Shown here: in pieces, positions 21,034-31,341 of the stretch
Numbering within the stretch: the stretch's first letter is position 1
How the letters are laid out: the number at the start of each line of letters is the position of its first letter
DNA from: Escherichia phage BB1
Length of the DNA stretch: 64,000 bases
Sequence record: NC_106597.1
Strand: one strand, 5' to 3'
Notes under the pieces: model-generated
Told to the model about the DNA's origin: nothing
Databases searched by the model: none
The model's input: only the letters and a program-made list of their open reading frames with translations
Made by a program: the position numbers and the translations under genes

Positions 21034-21801
21034 TTAGGTTCCTTGATTAACCTTAATTTTATATCTGGAGTGAATCAGGTCTCTTGCAGCTTTTGCTATA
21101 GCCTCACCAATAAGTTTTTGTGGGTTTCTAGCGCCAGGATAAGGTCGTAGAGATAATCTTCTGTATGTAGATACTGCCGGATTGAACACAGAATATGGAC
21201 GAGTCATATAATTATATGTTACGTTCAATTCAGGGGAGCCTTTACTAGTTTCAGAATCACGAAGCATAACATCTTTAATTTTTAAAGAGTTTGCAAAGCG
21301 ACCGGTCCTAAATTTTAGTGGTGCTCCCGCTTTTTTCATATCCTTTATTAAGTATTCTTTAGCAACTATCTCCAGTATAACCTTCATATTGCTATTAGAC
21401 ACGAAACGTCCAGAAGCACCTGTTACTGCACCAGAATATCCATCTTCAACATCACTAGGATCACCAAAATTTACCTGCACTCTACCAGTAGAACGTTTTT
21501 TACCTACTGAGGATTTTTTACCAGCGGTTGCTTGTATTAAGTTCTCTAGAGCACCTAAATCTCCAGAAAGATCTAAACTAGAGGATACAGCTTTTAATAT
21601 AGAAGCTGTTCTAATATTAAGGAGATCTTGTGATACAGGTTTTGAAAACTTAAAAGATACTTGAGCAACAGTACCATCTCTGGTAGGATCTTTTAATCCT
21701 GTTTCAACAGAGTATACAACAGTATTCTTATTGTTTTCAGATCGACTTGCAGTATCTAGCTGCTCTTTAATAATTTGTCTAGCTAGATCAGAAAGAGACA
21801 T
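21034..21801 (-). CDS. head-tail joining / tail completion protein, putative
   Basis: 255 aa; position only. Confidence 0.35.
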   Translation of the reverse strand: MSLSDLARQIIKEQLDTASRSENNKNTVVYSVETGLKDPTRDGTVAQVSFKFSKPVSQDLLNIRTASILKAVSSSLDLSGDLGALENLIQATAGKKSSVGKKRSTGRVQVNFGDPSDVEDGYSGAVTGASGRFVSNSNMKVILEIVAKEYLIKDMKKAGAPLKFRTGRFANSLKIKDVMLRDSETSKGSPELNVTYNYMTRPYSVFNPAVSTYRRLSLRPYPGARNPQKLIGEAIAKAARDLIHSRYKIKVNQGT

Positions 21802-22313
21802 TATACTCTCCTATATACTTCAATAATAGTACGAATATGCTCTGGAATACCAGATTTAGTATTATTGAAGGTTACTGTTTCACCACCAATTGTTTTAGCT
21901 TGGCGATAATCTTGTTTGTGCCAATGATCTACTAGCATACATGCTGCAAGTTTGAGATCTTCAGGTATTGGATTGAATCCACCTTGTGTATATGCTACAT
22001 CCATATAACCTTCTGGAGGATTAAATTTGAGAAGGATAATACCATCAGAGTATAGCTTATACTGCTCTGGGTCAATCTCATTATCGTTAATCGTCACTTT
22101 AGTTACGGAGGTAGCAGATGGTGAGCTCAGAAAATATTTCCTACGTGTAGGTTTTGTATTGATTAACTGGTCTACCGCATCAGCATCATCCATGCCTAGA
22201 AGGCTCGTGATCAGCGCATTGGCAGCAGTAATCATCATTTCTACACCAGATTCTAATTCAGGTCGTTTTAAACCGCCATATAATCTATAATCTTCGGCTG
22301 TGATGATTTGCAT
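21801..22313 (-). CDS. head completion (head-tail connector gp6-like) protein
   Basis: 170 aa; N-terminal ITAEDYRLY resembles gp6-type connector proteins; directly downstream of the capsid gene terminator. Confidence 0.4.
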   Translation of the reverse strand: MQIITAEDYRLYGGLKRPELESGVEMMITAANALITSLLGMDDADAVDQLINTKPTRRKYFLSSPSATSVTKVTINDNEIDPEQYKLYSDGIILLKFNPPEGYMDVAYTQGGFNPIPEDLKLAACMLVDHWHKQDYRQAKTIGGETVTFNNTKSGIPEHIRTIIEVYRRV

Positions 22314-22314
22314 T

Positions 22315-22351
22315 TATTTTTCCCAATAAAAAAGGAGAGCCGAAGCTCTCC
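22315..22351 (-). terminator. rho-independent terminator downstream of the major capsid gene
   Basis: GGAGAGC-cgaa-GCTCTCC followed on the minus strand by TTTTTTTATTGGGAAAAATAA. Confidence 0.65.
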
Positions 22352-22372
22352 TTATCGGCTGAAAAGCCTGTA

Positions 22373-23749
22373 TTAAGATGCAGCGTAAGCACCAGATACA
22401 ACGCCATTATTAAAGTAACGTTGCAGGTTAACACGCTGAGTAACGTAGTACGCATCACGCTGTTTACCAGCTTGGCGCTCACGTTCAACAGTAACAGCAC
22501 GCTGACGTGGCATTACGAAGTTATCTTTGTAAACAATAACTGCGAACTCTGCGGAGGTAGCTTTAGCCGGGAAGTACTCAGAAACTACAACCGGCAGACC
22601 GTAAATACGACCAACCTGACCTTGCAGTTTAACAGCATCATTACCAACCTGGGCAACATCCTGCCATTCTTCATCTTCCAGCAGATCGTAATAAGCATCC
22701 ATAGATACGATCAGTACCAGTTTGCTCAGTTTCAGACCATGACGGCCCAATTTACGACGCAGTTTAGAGATAGTTTTAGCAGTTACCAGAACAGAACCAT
22801 CAGCTTTAGCTTCAGTAATAACTTTAGCACTGTCTTCACTAGCAAGAGTCAGCAGACCTTTCGGCTTACCAGAACCATCACCAGTCATGAAAGCTTCTTC
22901 GATAGAAACAGCATGTGCTTCAATCAGACGCTTACGAAGCAGTGGCAGCAAGGAGAAGATTGCATCTTCTTCAGTTTCATCAGTAATGAAGGATTTAGCA
23001 GCCAGTTTGTAAGTTTTGAAACTGATCTCTTTAAGAGCGCCTTTAACTTCATTACCAGTAGTAGCATCAGTACCGTAAGTAGCGGCATCTACCCAAGTAG
23101 CTTTACCAGCATCTGGTTCAACCAGCATAGTAAGAATTTTGCTGGACATTGGCAGTTCTTCAAACAGAGCACCAACTACTAGTTCTTTCTGCAGGTCACG
23201 AATAATACGCTGGGAGAAAATAGTTTCATAGCTTTCACTAGAAACTTCTACTGAAGAGGACTGGTTTACAGTTTTCAGGTGTCTCTGGCCATGTTCGGTA
23301 TCAAATACACCTTTTTCCATCACGTAGGACAGAAGAACCAGTTTCTCCACTTCGTCTTCAAAGTTTTCTTGAGTACCGTACAGTGCTTTAGCTACGCTAT
23401 CACCGACGAAGGAACGCCCTTCACGAGCTGCCAGCAGAGATTTGATTTCGTCCTGAAGACCAACAATAGTTTCCTGCTGTTTTTCTACAGTCTGTGCAAA
23501 CAGTTCTGCGCTCTTCTTGGATTTTTCATCCAGGGATTTAACCAGTTCCAGAGCTTCTTCTAGCTTCTGACGATCTTCGCCAACTGCTTTAGAAACCAGA
23601 TCATTCATACGAGCCAGTTCTTTTTCTTCCTGCTCTTTACGCATACGTTCAGCTTCCTGAGCTTTCTGAGCAGCGGTCAGACCTTCCAGAGATTTAGCCA
23701 GATCACCCAGACCAAGTTCTTCTTTCAGCTTATTAATATCAATAGTCAT
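22373..23749 (-). CDS. major capsid protein (pb8-like, HK97 fold, with N-terminal scaffolding domain)
   Basis: 458 aa as in T5 pb8; N-terminal coiled-coil delta-like region followed by the capsid domain. Confidence 0.85.
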   Translation of the reverse strand: MTIDINKLKEELGLGDLAKSLEGLTAAQKAQEAERMRKEQEEKELARMNDLVSKAVGEDRQKLEEALELVKSLDEKSKKSAELFAQTVEKQQETIVGLQDEIKSLLAAREGRSFVGDSVAKALYGTQENFEDEVEKLVLLSYVMEKGVFDTEHGQRHLKTVNQSSSVEVSSESYETIFSQRIIRDLQKELVVGALFEELPMSSKILTMLVEPDAGKATWVDAATYGTDATTGNEVKGALKEISFKTYKLAAKSFITDETEEDAIFSLLPLLRKRLIEAHAVSIEEAFMTGDGSGKPKGLLTLASEDSAKVITEAKADGSVLVTAKTISKLRRKLGRHGLKLSKLVLIVSMDAYYDLLEDEEWQDVAQVGNDAVKLQGQVGRIYGLPVVVSEYFPAKATSAEFAVIVYKDNFVMPRQRAVTVERERQAGKQRDAYYVTQRVNLQRYFNNGVVSGAYAAS

Positions 23750-23766
23750 TTTTAAATAATTCTCCG

Positions 23767-24399
23767 TTATTCTTTAACGTAGCCTAAAGCTATCGCAAGT
23801 TTTTCTAGTTCAGAAAGATTACGTTCTTGAGCTGGGACAGCTTTAGAACTTATTGCAGTAAAAGATTTACGCCATTCAGTATAATCATGACCATTCATGC
23901 TCTTAGCGAGATTGAATGTCGAGTCCTGATTACAAGGTACAGAAACTACCGAAACTTCGTATAGTTCTAAATCTTTAATAATAAATATATCAGTAGCTTC
24001 ATCCCACTCTGCATCTAGGCAGCGGAATCCGATACTAAAAGTTTTCAGTACACCGTTTTTAATTAGTGAAAAGATAGCCGGGTCAGAACTTTCATAGATC
24101 TCGCATTCGATTTCGAGACCCATTTCAGTAGGATTAAGATCAATACACTTGCCGATTGGACGACGATGGTCGTGTCCGAAAAGAATAATCGGGTTTTTCA
24201 TGTAGTTAGCAAGTGCATTAGATGTTTTCCATGCCGAAGCAGGGATTACATCACCAGCGCGATCTTTACTAATTGTATTAGCGAATCCACGTATTTTTAC
24301 AACACCCTCTTTGGATTCGCTATCAATAGATTTAATATAAGCATCTAAATGAACCGGTGCTGATTTTAACTTGTTATAGTCAATAGCAGCTTGTGTCAT
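23767..24399 (-). CDS. prohead maturation protease (pb11-like)
   Basis: 210 aa; FGHDH motif typical of HK97-type prohead proteases; between decoration and capsid genes. Confidence 0.7.
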   Translation of the reverse strand: MTQAAIDYNKLKSAPVHLDAYIKSIDSESKEGVVKIRGFANTISKDRAGDVIPASAWKTSNALANYMKNPIILFGHDHRRPIGKCIDLNPTEMGLEIECEIYESSDPAIFSLIKNGVLKTFSIGFRCLDAEWDEATDIFIIKDLELYEVSVVSVPCNQDSTFNLAKSMNGHDYTEWRKSFTAISSKAVPAQERNLSELEKLAIALGYVKE

Positions 24400-24402
24400 T
24401 TA

Positions 24403-24882
24403 TTAGCCTCCACTTGGGTTTACTGTCACAGTACATGTAGTAGAAGGTTTACTAACTTTCTTACTATCTGTTACAGTTACTTTATAAGCTCCAGAATCCC
24501 CAGTAGCTGCTGTAGGCTTAGTATAGGTAGCTCCTGAAGCCTCTGGAATAGGAGAACCATCTTTAGTCCATGCATAAGTATATGGACCAATACCACCGGT
24601 TGCAGTAACAGAAAGGGTTAACGCTGCTCCCTCTTCAACGGACATGCTAGCAGTTAAATCCTTAGAAAGAGTTAATGGTGGAGCAGGAGGAACTGCTTTA
24701 CCATAGGTCTCTACAAATTTCTTCCATACTTTACGGTTAGTATGCGCAGATGAAAGTCCTAGTTCTCTACGCAGAAAAGCGTAGCTAGGAACATATTTAT
24801 GCGCAGCAACCGTAGCAAAGAAGATATGAGATTCTGGCAGTTTTTCACCAAAAATGGTCTTTAGACCACTATAATCAATCAT
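24403..24882 (-). CDS. capsid decoration protein (pb10-like) with C-terminal Ig-like domain
   Basis: 159 aa; C-terminal Ig-like segment (TLSVTATGGIGPYTYAWTKDG...KVTVTDS). Confidence 0.6.
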   Translation of the reverse strand: MIDYSGLKTIFGEKLPESHIFFATVAAHKYVPSYAFLRRELGLSSAHTNRKVWKKFVETYGKAVPPAPPLTLSKDLTASMSVEEGAALTLSVTATGGIGPYTYAWTKDGSPIPEASGATYTKPTAATGDSGAYKVTVTDSKKVSKPSTTCTVTVNPSGG

Positions 24883-26096
24883 TCTTTATCTCCCTCGGTG
24901 GAACCTTGAGGTCTACCACCTTCTTGACCAGATACGCCTGTTGCAGAACCAGCAACGTTAGCAGGAATACGAATCTTATTCATCTGCTCATCATCTAAAG
25001 GTTCAAGGTTCAGCTCTAAACGAGCTTCGTTACCAGTTATAATACCATTATTAACCAATGAGGTTAAATGTTTAGCCTCAGATTCTTTATCTGGTGTTAA
25101 TGCAGCTACTTCCTTAGTATTAGGAGTAATCTTATAACCAAAAAAGAAAGTAAGAGAACTAGTCAGCTTGTTCAGCATAGGGATGATAGTCATATAGTAG
25201 AACAATTCGATGTTTGGTCGAATGTTCGCATTATTACCACCATCAAGCAGTACTTGCGGAACACCAAAGGCTAGACAGATAGATTTATTAAATCCTTCAA
25301 TGTCTTCCTTAAAGTCTAGATCTTTAAAAGAGGATATTTGGGAGTACGGTTTAGCTTTCATACCACCATCTAGAATCAGGACAGAGGACTGACCAGTACT
25401 AGGATTATAATCTAGTTGTAATTCTTCTTGTTTACGCTCACGCAATTTCTTGTTCAGGATTTCATCCGTCTCAAGAATAAGACCAATCACGGTTCCGTTA
25501 TCGAGGAATTTCTCTTTAAAGTTAAGCATCTTGGAACGCTTCTCAAGAGAATCAATAACAGTAGCAACACGAGATTGTCCAGAAATTTGAGAGTTTGTGC
25601 CACACACGTAACTGTTATCCTTTATAAAGATAATCTCATCTACGCGATAGTCTATCTGATTATTAAATATAAATTTTTTGATAAACTTATTGGCATCTGC
25701 CTCTACTTGCATTAGTGCAGCAGGGACATGATAAAGTGCTGTGCCATCCCAATAGATGTATGCACAACCTTCAAAAAGTAGGTCAGTGACTACAAGTCTA
25801 CGGAATGTGCTTATATCCATGAATGGATTAGGTCGTACATTTAAGAGAGTGTCTAGAGTCTTTGTCTTGATGCCATTGGCATACGTGACAATATTATATT
25901 TATCTCCGACAGTATAAGAACACTCCGCCGCACTATCTATAACCATATTAGCAGTTCTATTGAGAATCTCAATTTTACTGTAGGCTTGTCCAGTGGTAAA
26001 AGGCTTACGGTTAGTGCGATGACTAACTGGTTCCATGTCTCTTATAATACGTTGACCCGGATTTAGCTTTTCAGTAATCCAGCTTTTAAAACCCAT
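24879..26096 (-). CDS. portal protein (pb7-like)
   Basis: 405 aa; position between terminase and protease genes; overlapping stop/start with the decoration gene. Confidence 0.75.
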   Translation of the reverse strand: MGFKSWITEKLNPGQRIIRDMEPVSHRTNRKPFTTGQAYSKIEILNRTANMVIDSAAECSYTVGDKYNIVTYANGIKTKTLDTLLNVRPNPFMDISTFRRLVVTDLLFEGCAYIYWDGTALYHVPAALMQVEADANKFIKKFIFNNQIDYRVDEIIFIKDNSYVCGTNSQISGQSRVATVIDSLEKRSKMLNFKEKFLDNGTVIGLILETDEILNKKLRERKQEELQLDYNPSTGQSSVLILDGGMKAKPYSQISSFKDLDFKEDIEGFNKSICLAFGVPQVLLDGGNNANIRPNIELFYYMTIIPMLNKLTSSLTFFFGYKITPNTKEVAALTPDKESEAKHLTSLVNNGIITGNEARLELNLEPLDDEQMNKIRIPANVAGSATGVSGQEGGRPQGSTEGDKE

Positions 26097-26533
26097 TATA
26101 AGAACCTTGCGAATCCTGATTTTGTTTCAGTCTTGACTTGTGTCTTTTCTTGAGGATTCTGTAATTTGTCTTTCTGCTTTTGAACCCACACTTTTTGCTT
26201 ATTAGCAGAAAATAAAGGAGGTTCTTTTGTGTAAACCTTATGTAATAATTGGTGATGGTGTACACAAAGGGTAACAGTGTCTTCTACTAGCTCATGCCTA
26301 TATCGATCATAGAATGCCGTCCTATTTGAAAGGACTGTTTCTTCGTCAGTGAAATCCAATTGGAGTTCTTTAGCAAATTTTTTAACTAGTAGAGACACCG
26401 TATGGTAATGATGAAGCTCTAATTCTTCAGCACAACCGCAGATAGCACATTGAGAGTCTTTTTTATATTGACTTTTTATTCCGTCTCTCATAAGGGATAT
26501 AGCATCGCGTTTATATTTTATATTGCTTGCCAT
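26096..26533 (-). CDS. small Cys/His-rich protein, possible HNH-type nuclease
   Basis: ORF 26096..26620; likely start at 26533 (SD GAGGAG upstream); CAICGC...LHHYH...CVHHH cluster. Confidence 0.35.
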   Translation of the reverse strand: MASNIKYKRDAISLMRDGIKSQYKKDSQCAICGCAEELELHHYHTVSLLVKKFAKELQLDFTDEETVLSNRTAFYDRYRHELVEDTVTLCVHHHQLLHKVYTKEPPLFSANKQKVWVQKQKDKLQNPQEKTQVKTETKSGFARFL

Positions 26534-26647
26534 AGTGTTCTCCTCAACTGTATGAATATAGTATACATAATCGTATCGAATTTGTAAAGGGGATTTTAAA
26601 ATGCAGGAATGGGATACCAACTGAGTAGTATCCCATCCTATATTTAT

Positions 26648-27964
26648 TTATTTACCACGGGAAATAGAGTAAATTCCATAGCGCAGCGCATCACAAAGGT
26701 GAGAGTTAGCATCATGACGTGGTTTTTCACGTGATAATTTCTCTTCACCCTCTTGGAAATCCCACTTGTAGTTCTGCAATGCATGGATTAATGAGGAACA
26801 TGAAGCATCTACAATAATCTTACCCTGCTGGAATAGCGCTTGCAAGCATGCTAGACCGTCTAGGACAGATTTTTTAGCTGGAGCTGATGCAATTTCATGT
26901 TCATAAGCTAAGTCCTGACGGAACTGAGCTGCGGCAGAGTCAACAAAAACACGATCAACTTTATAACGATCTATACAGTGCTGAATATACGCAGCATGCT
27001 GAGCTGTAGTTTTCTCCGCCTGCTGGTACTCTTCTAATACATAGTAAGTATCTGTATCATAGTGATATTTAATAGTAAGAACTGCTGTAGGGTCACGATA
27101 ACCAACGTCAATGCCAAGCAACGTTTCGAATGCCTCATCATCTTTAAAGAAGTGACGCATACCTTTGAGGTCTTTAACATGATCGATAGCATTAAAGGTA
27201 TCAAAGATCTGACCTTCGAATACAGAGAAGTCAGCCTCGTATTCCTGGCGGAAGTAGTTTTTACTAACTGTACGGCGTGCTTCCTCAATATCATTCAAGT
27301 CAGCACGCGGGTTATCACGATATGTACCATGAATAGATACCCAGTTAGGCAACGTATCATCAAATCCGTAGGCGTAAAACTCTTTAAACCAGTTACCTCC
27401 ACGAGGGGTGGAAATAAATAGAGCCTTAGAATTAGGTTTATCTAGAGTAGGACGCAGCTGAACCCTGAAGGCATCACCTCCCACATCGGAAATTGCCGCC
27501 TCGTCAAAAATGATAAAATCATATGAACGTCCAACTGCGGAGTCAGCCTGAGCCGCAGAAGCTAGTTTAAATAGAGAACCATTAGCTAACTCAATCTCTT
27601 TATCTTTAGCGTTCTCACGTTCGGTTTGTAGGCCATACTTCTTAATGAGACCACGAATCTGAGACCATCCGATATTGGCCAGTGAGTAGTTAGGGGCAAC
27701 TACTAGCACCTTCACATTAGGTTCCAGCAATTTTAGGAACCCAAGAGTATATGCTATAAAGGATTTACCTACACGGCGTGACACACACGCCGTTACAAAA
27801 CGATGTCTAGGATCTTCTAGAGCATTGATAATTGCTATTTGAGGACCATTAGGTGTAATACCTTCTTGCGCTAGTATTCCCGAAACAGGCAGACGAAAGA
27901 AACGTTTGTCTATTCCGAAATCAATAACATCTACTGTGTTAACGTAGGGTCTTGATACTTCCAT
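26648..27964 (-). CDS. terminase large subunit
   Basis: 438 aa; Walker A-like RRVGKS, ATPase then C-terminal nuclease-type acidic residues. Confidence 0.85.
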   Translation of the reverse strand: MEVSRPYVNTVDVIDFGIDKRFFRLPVSGILAQEGITPNGPQIAIINALEDPRHRFVTACVSRRVGKSFIAYTLGFLKLLEPNVKVLVVAPNYSLANIGWSQIRGLIKKYGLQTERENAKDKEIELANGSLFKLASAAQADSAVGRSYDFIIFDEAAISDVGGDAFRVQLRPTLDKPNSKALFISTPRGGNWFKEFYAYGFDDTLPNWVSIHGTYRDNPRADLNDIEEARRTVSKNYFRQEYEADFSVFEGQIFDTFNAIDHVKDLKGMRHFFKDDEAFETLLGIDVGYRDPTAVLTIKYHYDTDTYYVLEEYQQAEKTTAQHAAYIQHCIDRYKVDRVFVDSAAAQFRQDLAYEHEIASAPAKKSVLDGLACLQALFQQGKIIVDASCSSLIHALQNYKWDFQEGEEKLSREKPRHDANSHLCDALRYGIYSISRGK

Positions 27965-28446
27965 TACTTCTTACCTCCAGTAGCTAGGGAAGTAATTAAG
28001 TCCATGTAGTTTTGATCCCCGGCTCCAGCAATAATATTATTCTGGATATTGGTCTGACTAGCAGGAGCTCGGACGGCAGCTTTAGCTTTTTCTAGCTCCA
28101 CCATCATTTTCATCTCTTCCATCTTCATTTTATGTGCCTTCCATAGAATATCCATAATATCCTGGTCAGAACCCATGCCAGTTTCTTCCAGTTCCTCCAG
28201 CTTACGTTTAATAACTTCATCTAGAACACCGAACAAACGATCTCTGTTACGGAAACCACTTTCCATAAAAATATCGTTTAAATAGTTCTTAACTTCACTA
28301 CGATTCATAATATCTCGGAAAGCAATTTCGGACATTCCAAGACTACGTGCGGCAGAAGGCACATCGCTACCACACTGTAAATAAGCTTCAATTACATCCA
28401 TCCCTTCAGGGGACATAAGATCTGGTACTAATACATCATTTGCCAT
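27964..28446 (-). CDS. terminase small subunit, putative
   Basis: 160 aa with predicted HTH ([16 protein letters not shown]); directly upstream of and overlapping the TerL start. Confidence 0.5.
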   Translation of the reverse strand: MANDVLVPDLMSPEGMDVIEAYLQCGSDVPSAARSLGMSEIAFRDIMNRSEVKNYLNDIFMESGFRNRDRLFGVLDEVIKRKLEELEETGMGSDQDIMDILWKAHKMKMEEMKMMVELEKAKAAVRAPASQTNIQNNIIAGAGDQNYMDLITSLATGGKK

Positions 28447-28456
28447 ATTTCCTCCT

Positions 28457-30229
28457 TTAGGTAAGGCGTTGAACTGTTACTCGTAGTCTCGGTAAGAAAA
28501 CTGCAGAACCTAAACTAACGTGTAGTATAACACCTAATTCTGCATTACCATTACCAAGATTTTTTATTGTATATATAAAACTGTTTCTACTAAAAGCTCC
28601 GCTATCTGGAGTATATTTATAAGCAGAAGTAGTATGGAAAGGCACTAATTTTCCAGGAGGAAGAACTAAAATTTGGTGAAATATAGCATCCCCTCCCGTA
28701 TAACTTTGTGATTTTCTTCCTTGCACCTGAAAAACACTACCATTCCACGTATTTACTGGTAACCCAGCAACATTAAGGTTACCCGATAATATTTCACTAG
28801 TTAGTATAACAGTAGAGTTATTATTTGGTAGGCCTAGTCCAACTGTTGCTAGTGATTTATAAACATTACCAGTGCCCGGATAGGTCGGAGTAATATCATT
28901 ACCAATATAGGCACTAGCCACATTACCGGATAATAGGCGTAAAGGTATTGATGAAGGTCCCCAGACAACACCATTCTCATTACCAATAGTATTATTATTA
29001 GAGTTTACATACCAGGTCTTACTAGCAGAGAACTTATAAATACTAAGTTGTGCTCTTGTACCACTATAGTTGACTGGTGCCCATATAGATCCTTTGTTAG
29101 AGCATACAAATTCACATCTTCCAGTAGTATCCCCAAACACCCCACCATGCGCAGCGTTTACTCCAATATACTCCATATCAGCACGAGAACTTAGATTCCC
29201 TAGAGCATTCTGATTAATAAACTTCCAACCAGTAGTAGATAACTTAACTCCCTTAATAGTAAAGTTGGACGGAGAAATTATTATGTCAGAACCTGTAAAG
29301 GGATTGCTAGAAACAGACATACTACCATTAGAATACCTTAGGTTCAGCACATACCATATAACTTTTGTAGGGGTTACTCCATAACCATCTTGAACTATTT
29401 TTGTATTAGCTGATTGACTTACTAACTTAGTAGTAGAACCTCTACAAACATATCTATACCCACCATCACTAAAGTGCTGTACTATATTGCTAGGGATTGT
29501 TTGTTTGTATCCAGCATACCCCCTAATATTAGAATTACATACATAAAACCAGTTGTGCCCACGTTTACCAGCCCCCATTGGAGCCATCCAGTTAGGATCC
29601 CAATAGTACGTATCACCTGAAGATATAGGAACAGAAGTACTTCCTATAGGATACCCTAGTTGTTTGAAAGTTTCAGCTACAGTAGCACCTACAGGTGCAC
29701 CACCACCTGGTCTTACAACACCATGATAAGTACTATGTAGTACAGTACCGCCAGTACCACTTCTAGCTATAGATTCTTCATGCCCTAGAGAACTATTATA
29801 GGAATAAGTACCTGAAGCTAGACTATTACCAAAAGCAAATCCAGCAGTTTGACTTAAGCTAGCAAATGATCTAAAAGGATCGGCCTGAGGATCGGCCTGA
29901 GTAGAAGAAAGAAACTGCCCAACTTGAGATTGAGTACCATTCAAAAAACCACGATGGGTACCATTAACTTCTATAGCTGTTAGTATAACTCTACCAGGAT
30001 CATTACTCTTTAAGTTAGCTATTGCAGAAGGCATCTGGCATACATAGAAACCATTCCCAGCACTACTTAATGCGCTCTCATAAGTGCTTTCTACTAATAC
30101 GAAGGGCATATCAGAATGAAAAATAGTATTAGTACTAGGGTTTTTATGAGCATTAATATCTCCACCACTAGCAGTATTTAGTGATAATACAGTTTTACCA
30201 TCACTATATTTTCCAGCGAAAAAACCCAT
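28457..30229 (-). CDS. receptor-binding tail protein (pb5/Oad-like)
   Basis: 590 aa Gly/Ser/Thr/Asn-rich protein divergent from the llp-like gene, as oad and llp are arranged in T5. Confidence 0.6.
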   Translation of the reverse strand: MGFFAGKYSDGKTVLSLNTASGGDINAHKNPSTNTIFHSDMPFVLVESTYESALSSAGNGFYVCQMPSAIANLKSNDPGRVILTAIEVNGTHRGFLNGTQSQVGQFLSSTQADPQADPFRSFASLSQTAGFAFGNSLASGTYSYNSSLGHEESIARSGTGGTVLHSTYHGVVRPGGGAPVGATVAETFKQLGYPIGSTSVPISSGDTYYWDPNWMAPMGAGKRGHNWFYVCNSNIRGYAGYKQTIPSNIVQHFSDGGYRYVCRGSTTKLVSQSANTKIVQDGYGVTPTKVIWYVLNLRYSNGSMSVSSNPFTGSDIIISPSNFTIKGVKLSTTGWKFINQNALGNLSSRADMEYIGVNAAHGGVFGDTTGRCEFVCSNKGSIWAPVNYSGTRAQLSIYKFSASKTWYVNSNNNTIGNENGVVWGPSSIPLRLLSGNVASAYIGNDITPTYPGTGNVYKSLATVGLGLPNNNSTVILTSEILSGNLNVAGLPVNTWNGSVFQVQGRKSQSYTGGDAIFHQILVLPPGKLVPFHTTSAYKYTPDSGAFSRNSFIYTIKNLGNGNAELGVILHVSLGSAVFLPRLRVTVQRLT

Positions 30230-30254
30230 ATAATCTCCTATTATAAAAATGTAT

Positions 30255-30283
30255 TTGCTTTCATCCCTCTATTTTGCTATAAT
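30255..30283 (+). promoter_or_regulatory. strong sigma70 promoter of T5 PN25 type driving the lipoprotein gene
   Basis: TTGCTT - 17 bp - TATAAT followed by AGATTCATAAATT; AT-rich upstream region. Confidence 0.7.
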
Positions 30284-30314
30284 AGATTCATAAATTAGAA
30301 ATGGAGAGATAAAT

Positions 30315-30581
30315 ATGAAAAAGTTTGTGATTGCACTAGTTGCCGCAGTTATGTTATCTGGTTGTGCACCTGCTCCCAAACCATTTTGTACAGGATTTGT
30401 AAAATCTTTTGGTGGTGTGGGAGAAGAACATTACGGTCTCAAGGTTCAAAAAGTTCGTATTAAGGGAGATCGCTTTCCAGTAGTACAGCTCCGTACTAAG
30501 TTTGGATGGTGGGATCTCAGTCAGTTTGACCTTAAATATGGTGATTGTAAATTTAAACTAGAACAATCTAATTACCTGTAA
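30315..30581 (+). CDS. llp: lytic-conversion lipoprotein (Llp-like receptor-blocking lipoprotein)
   Basis: 88 aa; signal peptide with lipobox LSGC; divergent from the receptor-binding protein gene. Confidence 0.7.
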   Translation: MKKFVIALVAAVMLSGCAPAPKPFCTGFVKSFGGVGEEHYGLKVQKVRIKGDRFPVVQLRTKFGWWDLSQFDLKYGDCKFKLEQSNYL

Positions 30582-30628
30582 TTAGTATAAAACAAAAAGA
30601 CATCCAAGTAAACTAAATTTTTTATTTC

Positions 30629-30967
30629 TTGGATGGTGTACTGGCAGAAAACACTATGCAAGAAAATGAGAAGCCCTTCCAGGAACCCATGCCACTTGAG
30701 ATGAATCCTAGGGCAAAAGCAGTTCATGATGCAATTAATGAAATCATTCAGGATGTCATACAAGACACTATGGAAGATGTAATGGGAACATCATTTCTTC
30801 TAGAAGAATCTGGATTTGATGAAATGATGGATCTCGTAGGAACAGTTATAATGGTTCGTGCAATTGCTAGAATATTCCAAATACCACATTTACGGGAGCA
30901 TGAAAGACATGTCAAACGGCAACAAAAGAAAGAACAGGCGCGGAGAAGTGTACGAAGCGTGGATTAA
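30629..30967 (+). CDS. hypothetical acidic protein
   Basis: 112-aa ORF; 3' part overlaps next ORF in another frame, true extent uncertain. Confidence 0.3.
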   Translation: MDGVLAENTMQENEKPFQEPMPLEMNPRAKAVHDAINEIIQDVIQDTMEDVMGTSFLLEESGFDEMMDLVGTVIMVRAIARIFQIPHLREHERHVKRQQKKEQARRSVRSVD

Positions 30968-31043
30968 CATTTACGGATTTGGCTTTGTATTATTCCTAAT
31001 CTTCGTAGGTTTTTGGTTAGCAGCTATGGCGGGGTGGATCTAA
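30900..31043 (+). CDS. small membrane protein
   Basis: ORF 30858..31043 with likely internal start; C-terminal hydrophobic helix; stop overlaps next start (TAATGG). Confidence 0.3.
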   Translation: MKDMSNGNKRKNRRGEVYEAWINIYGFGFVLFLIFVGFWLAAMAGWI

Positions 31044-31150
31044 TGGAATGGGTAATTATTGCACTACTGGGGATTGTGATTATTGGGCAGTGTATTTTAG
31101 ATAATCACTTAGCTAGAATTGAAACCTTACTATCGGAGAAACGTAAATGA
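31043..31150 (+). CDS. small membrane protein (35 aa)
   Basis: MEWVIIALLGIVIIGQ...; below the ORF-track threshold; ATGA overlap with next gene. Confidence 0.3.
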   Translation: MEWVIIALLGIVIIGQCILDNHLARIETLLSEKRK

Positions 31151-31341
31151 TGGAAGTGGCAGTTACACTAATAGTAATATTAGTCTGGGTAATCCTCATT
31201 GCCTCTCGTATCGTGTATATTCGCCTAAAAACTCTAGAAGCCCAGGTAAAACAACAACAAGTTGCGCTAGAAAAGCTAGTACTACTGCAACGGTGTGATA
31301 GCACCCGTATTCTGCAAATTGAGAAGGAATTAGATGTTTAG
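31147..31341 (+). CDS. small membrane protein (64 aa)
   Basis: N-terminal TM helix followed by a coiled-coil-like segment. Confidence 0.4.
   Translation: MMEVAVTLIVILVWVILIASRIVYIRLKTLEAQVKQQQVALEKLVLLQRCDSTRILQIEKELDV

Noticed and set aside
26096-26620. Possibility that the small Cys/His-rich gene between portal and terminase marks a mobile intron or intein
   Set aside because: Portal and terminase reading frames are intact and uninterrupted; the gene is free-standing with its own ribosome-binding site, so at most it is a free-standing homing-type nuclease.
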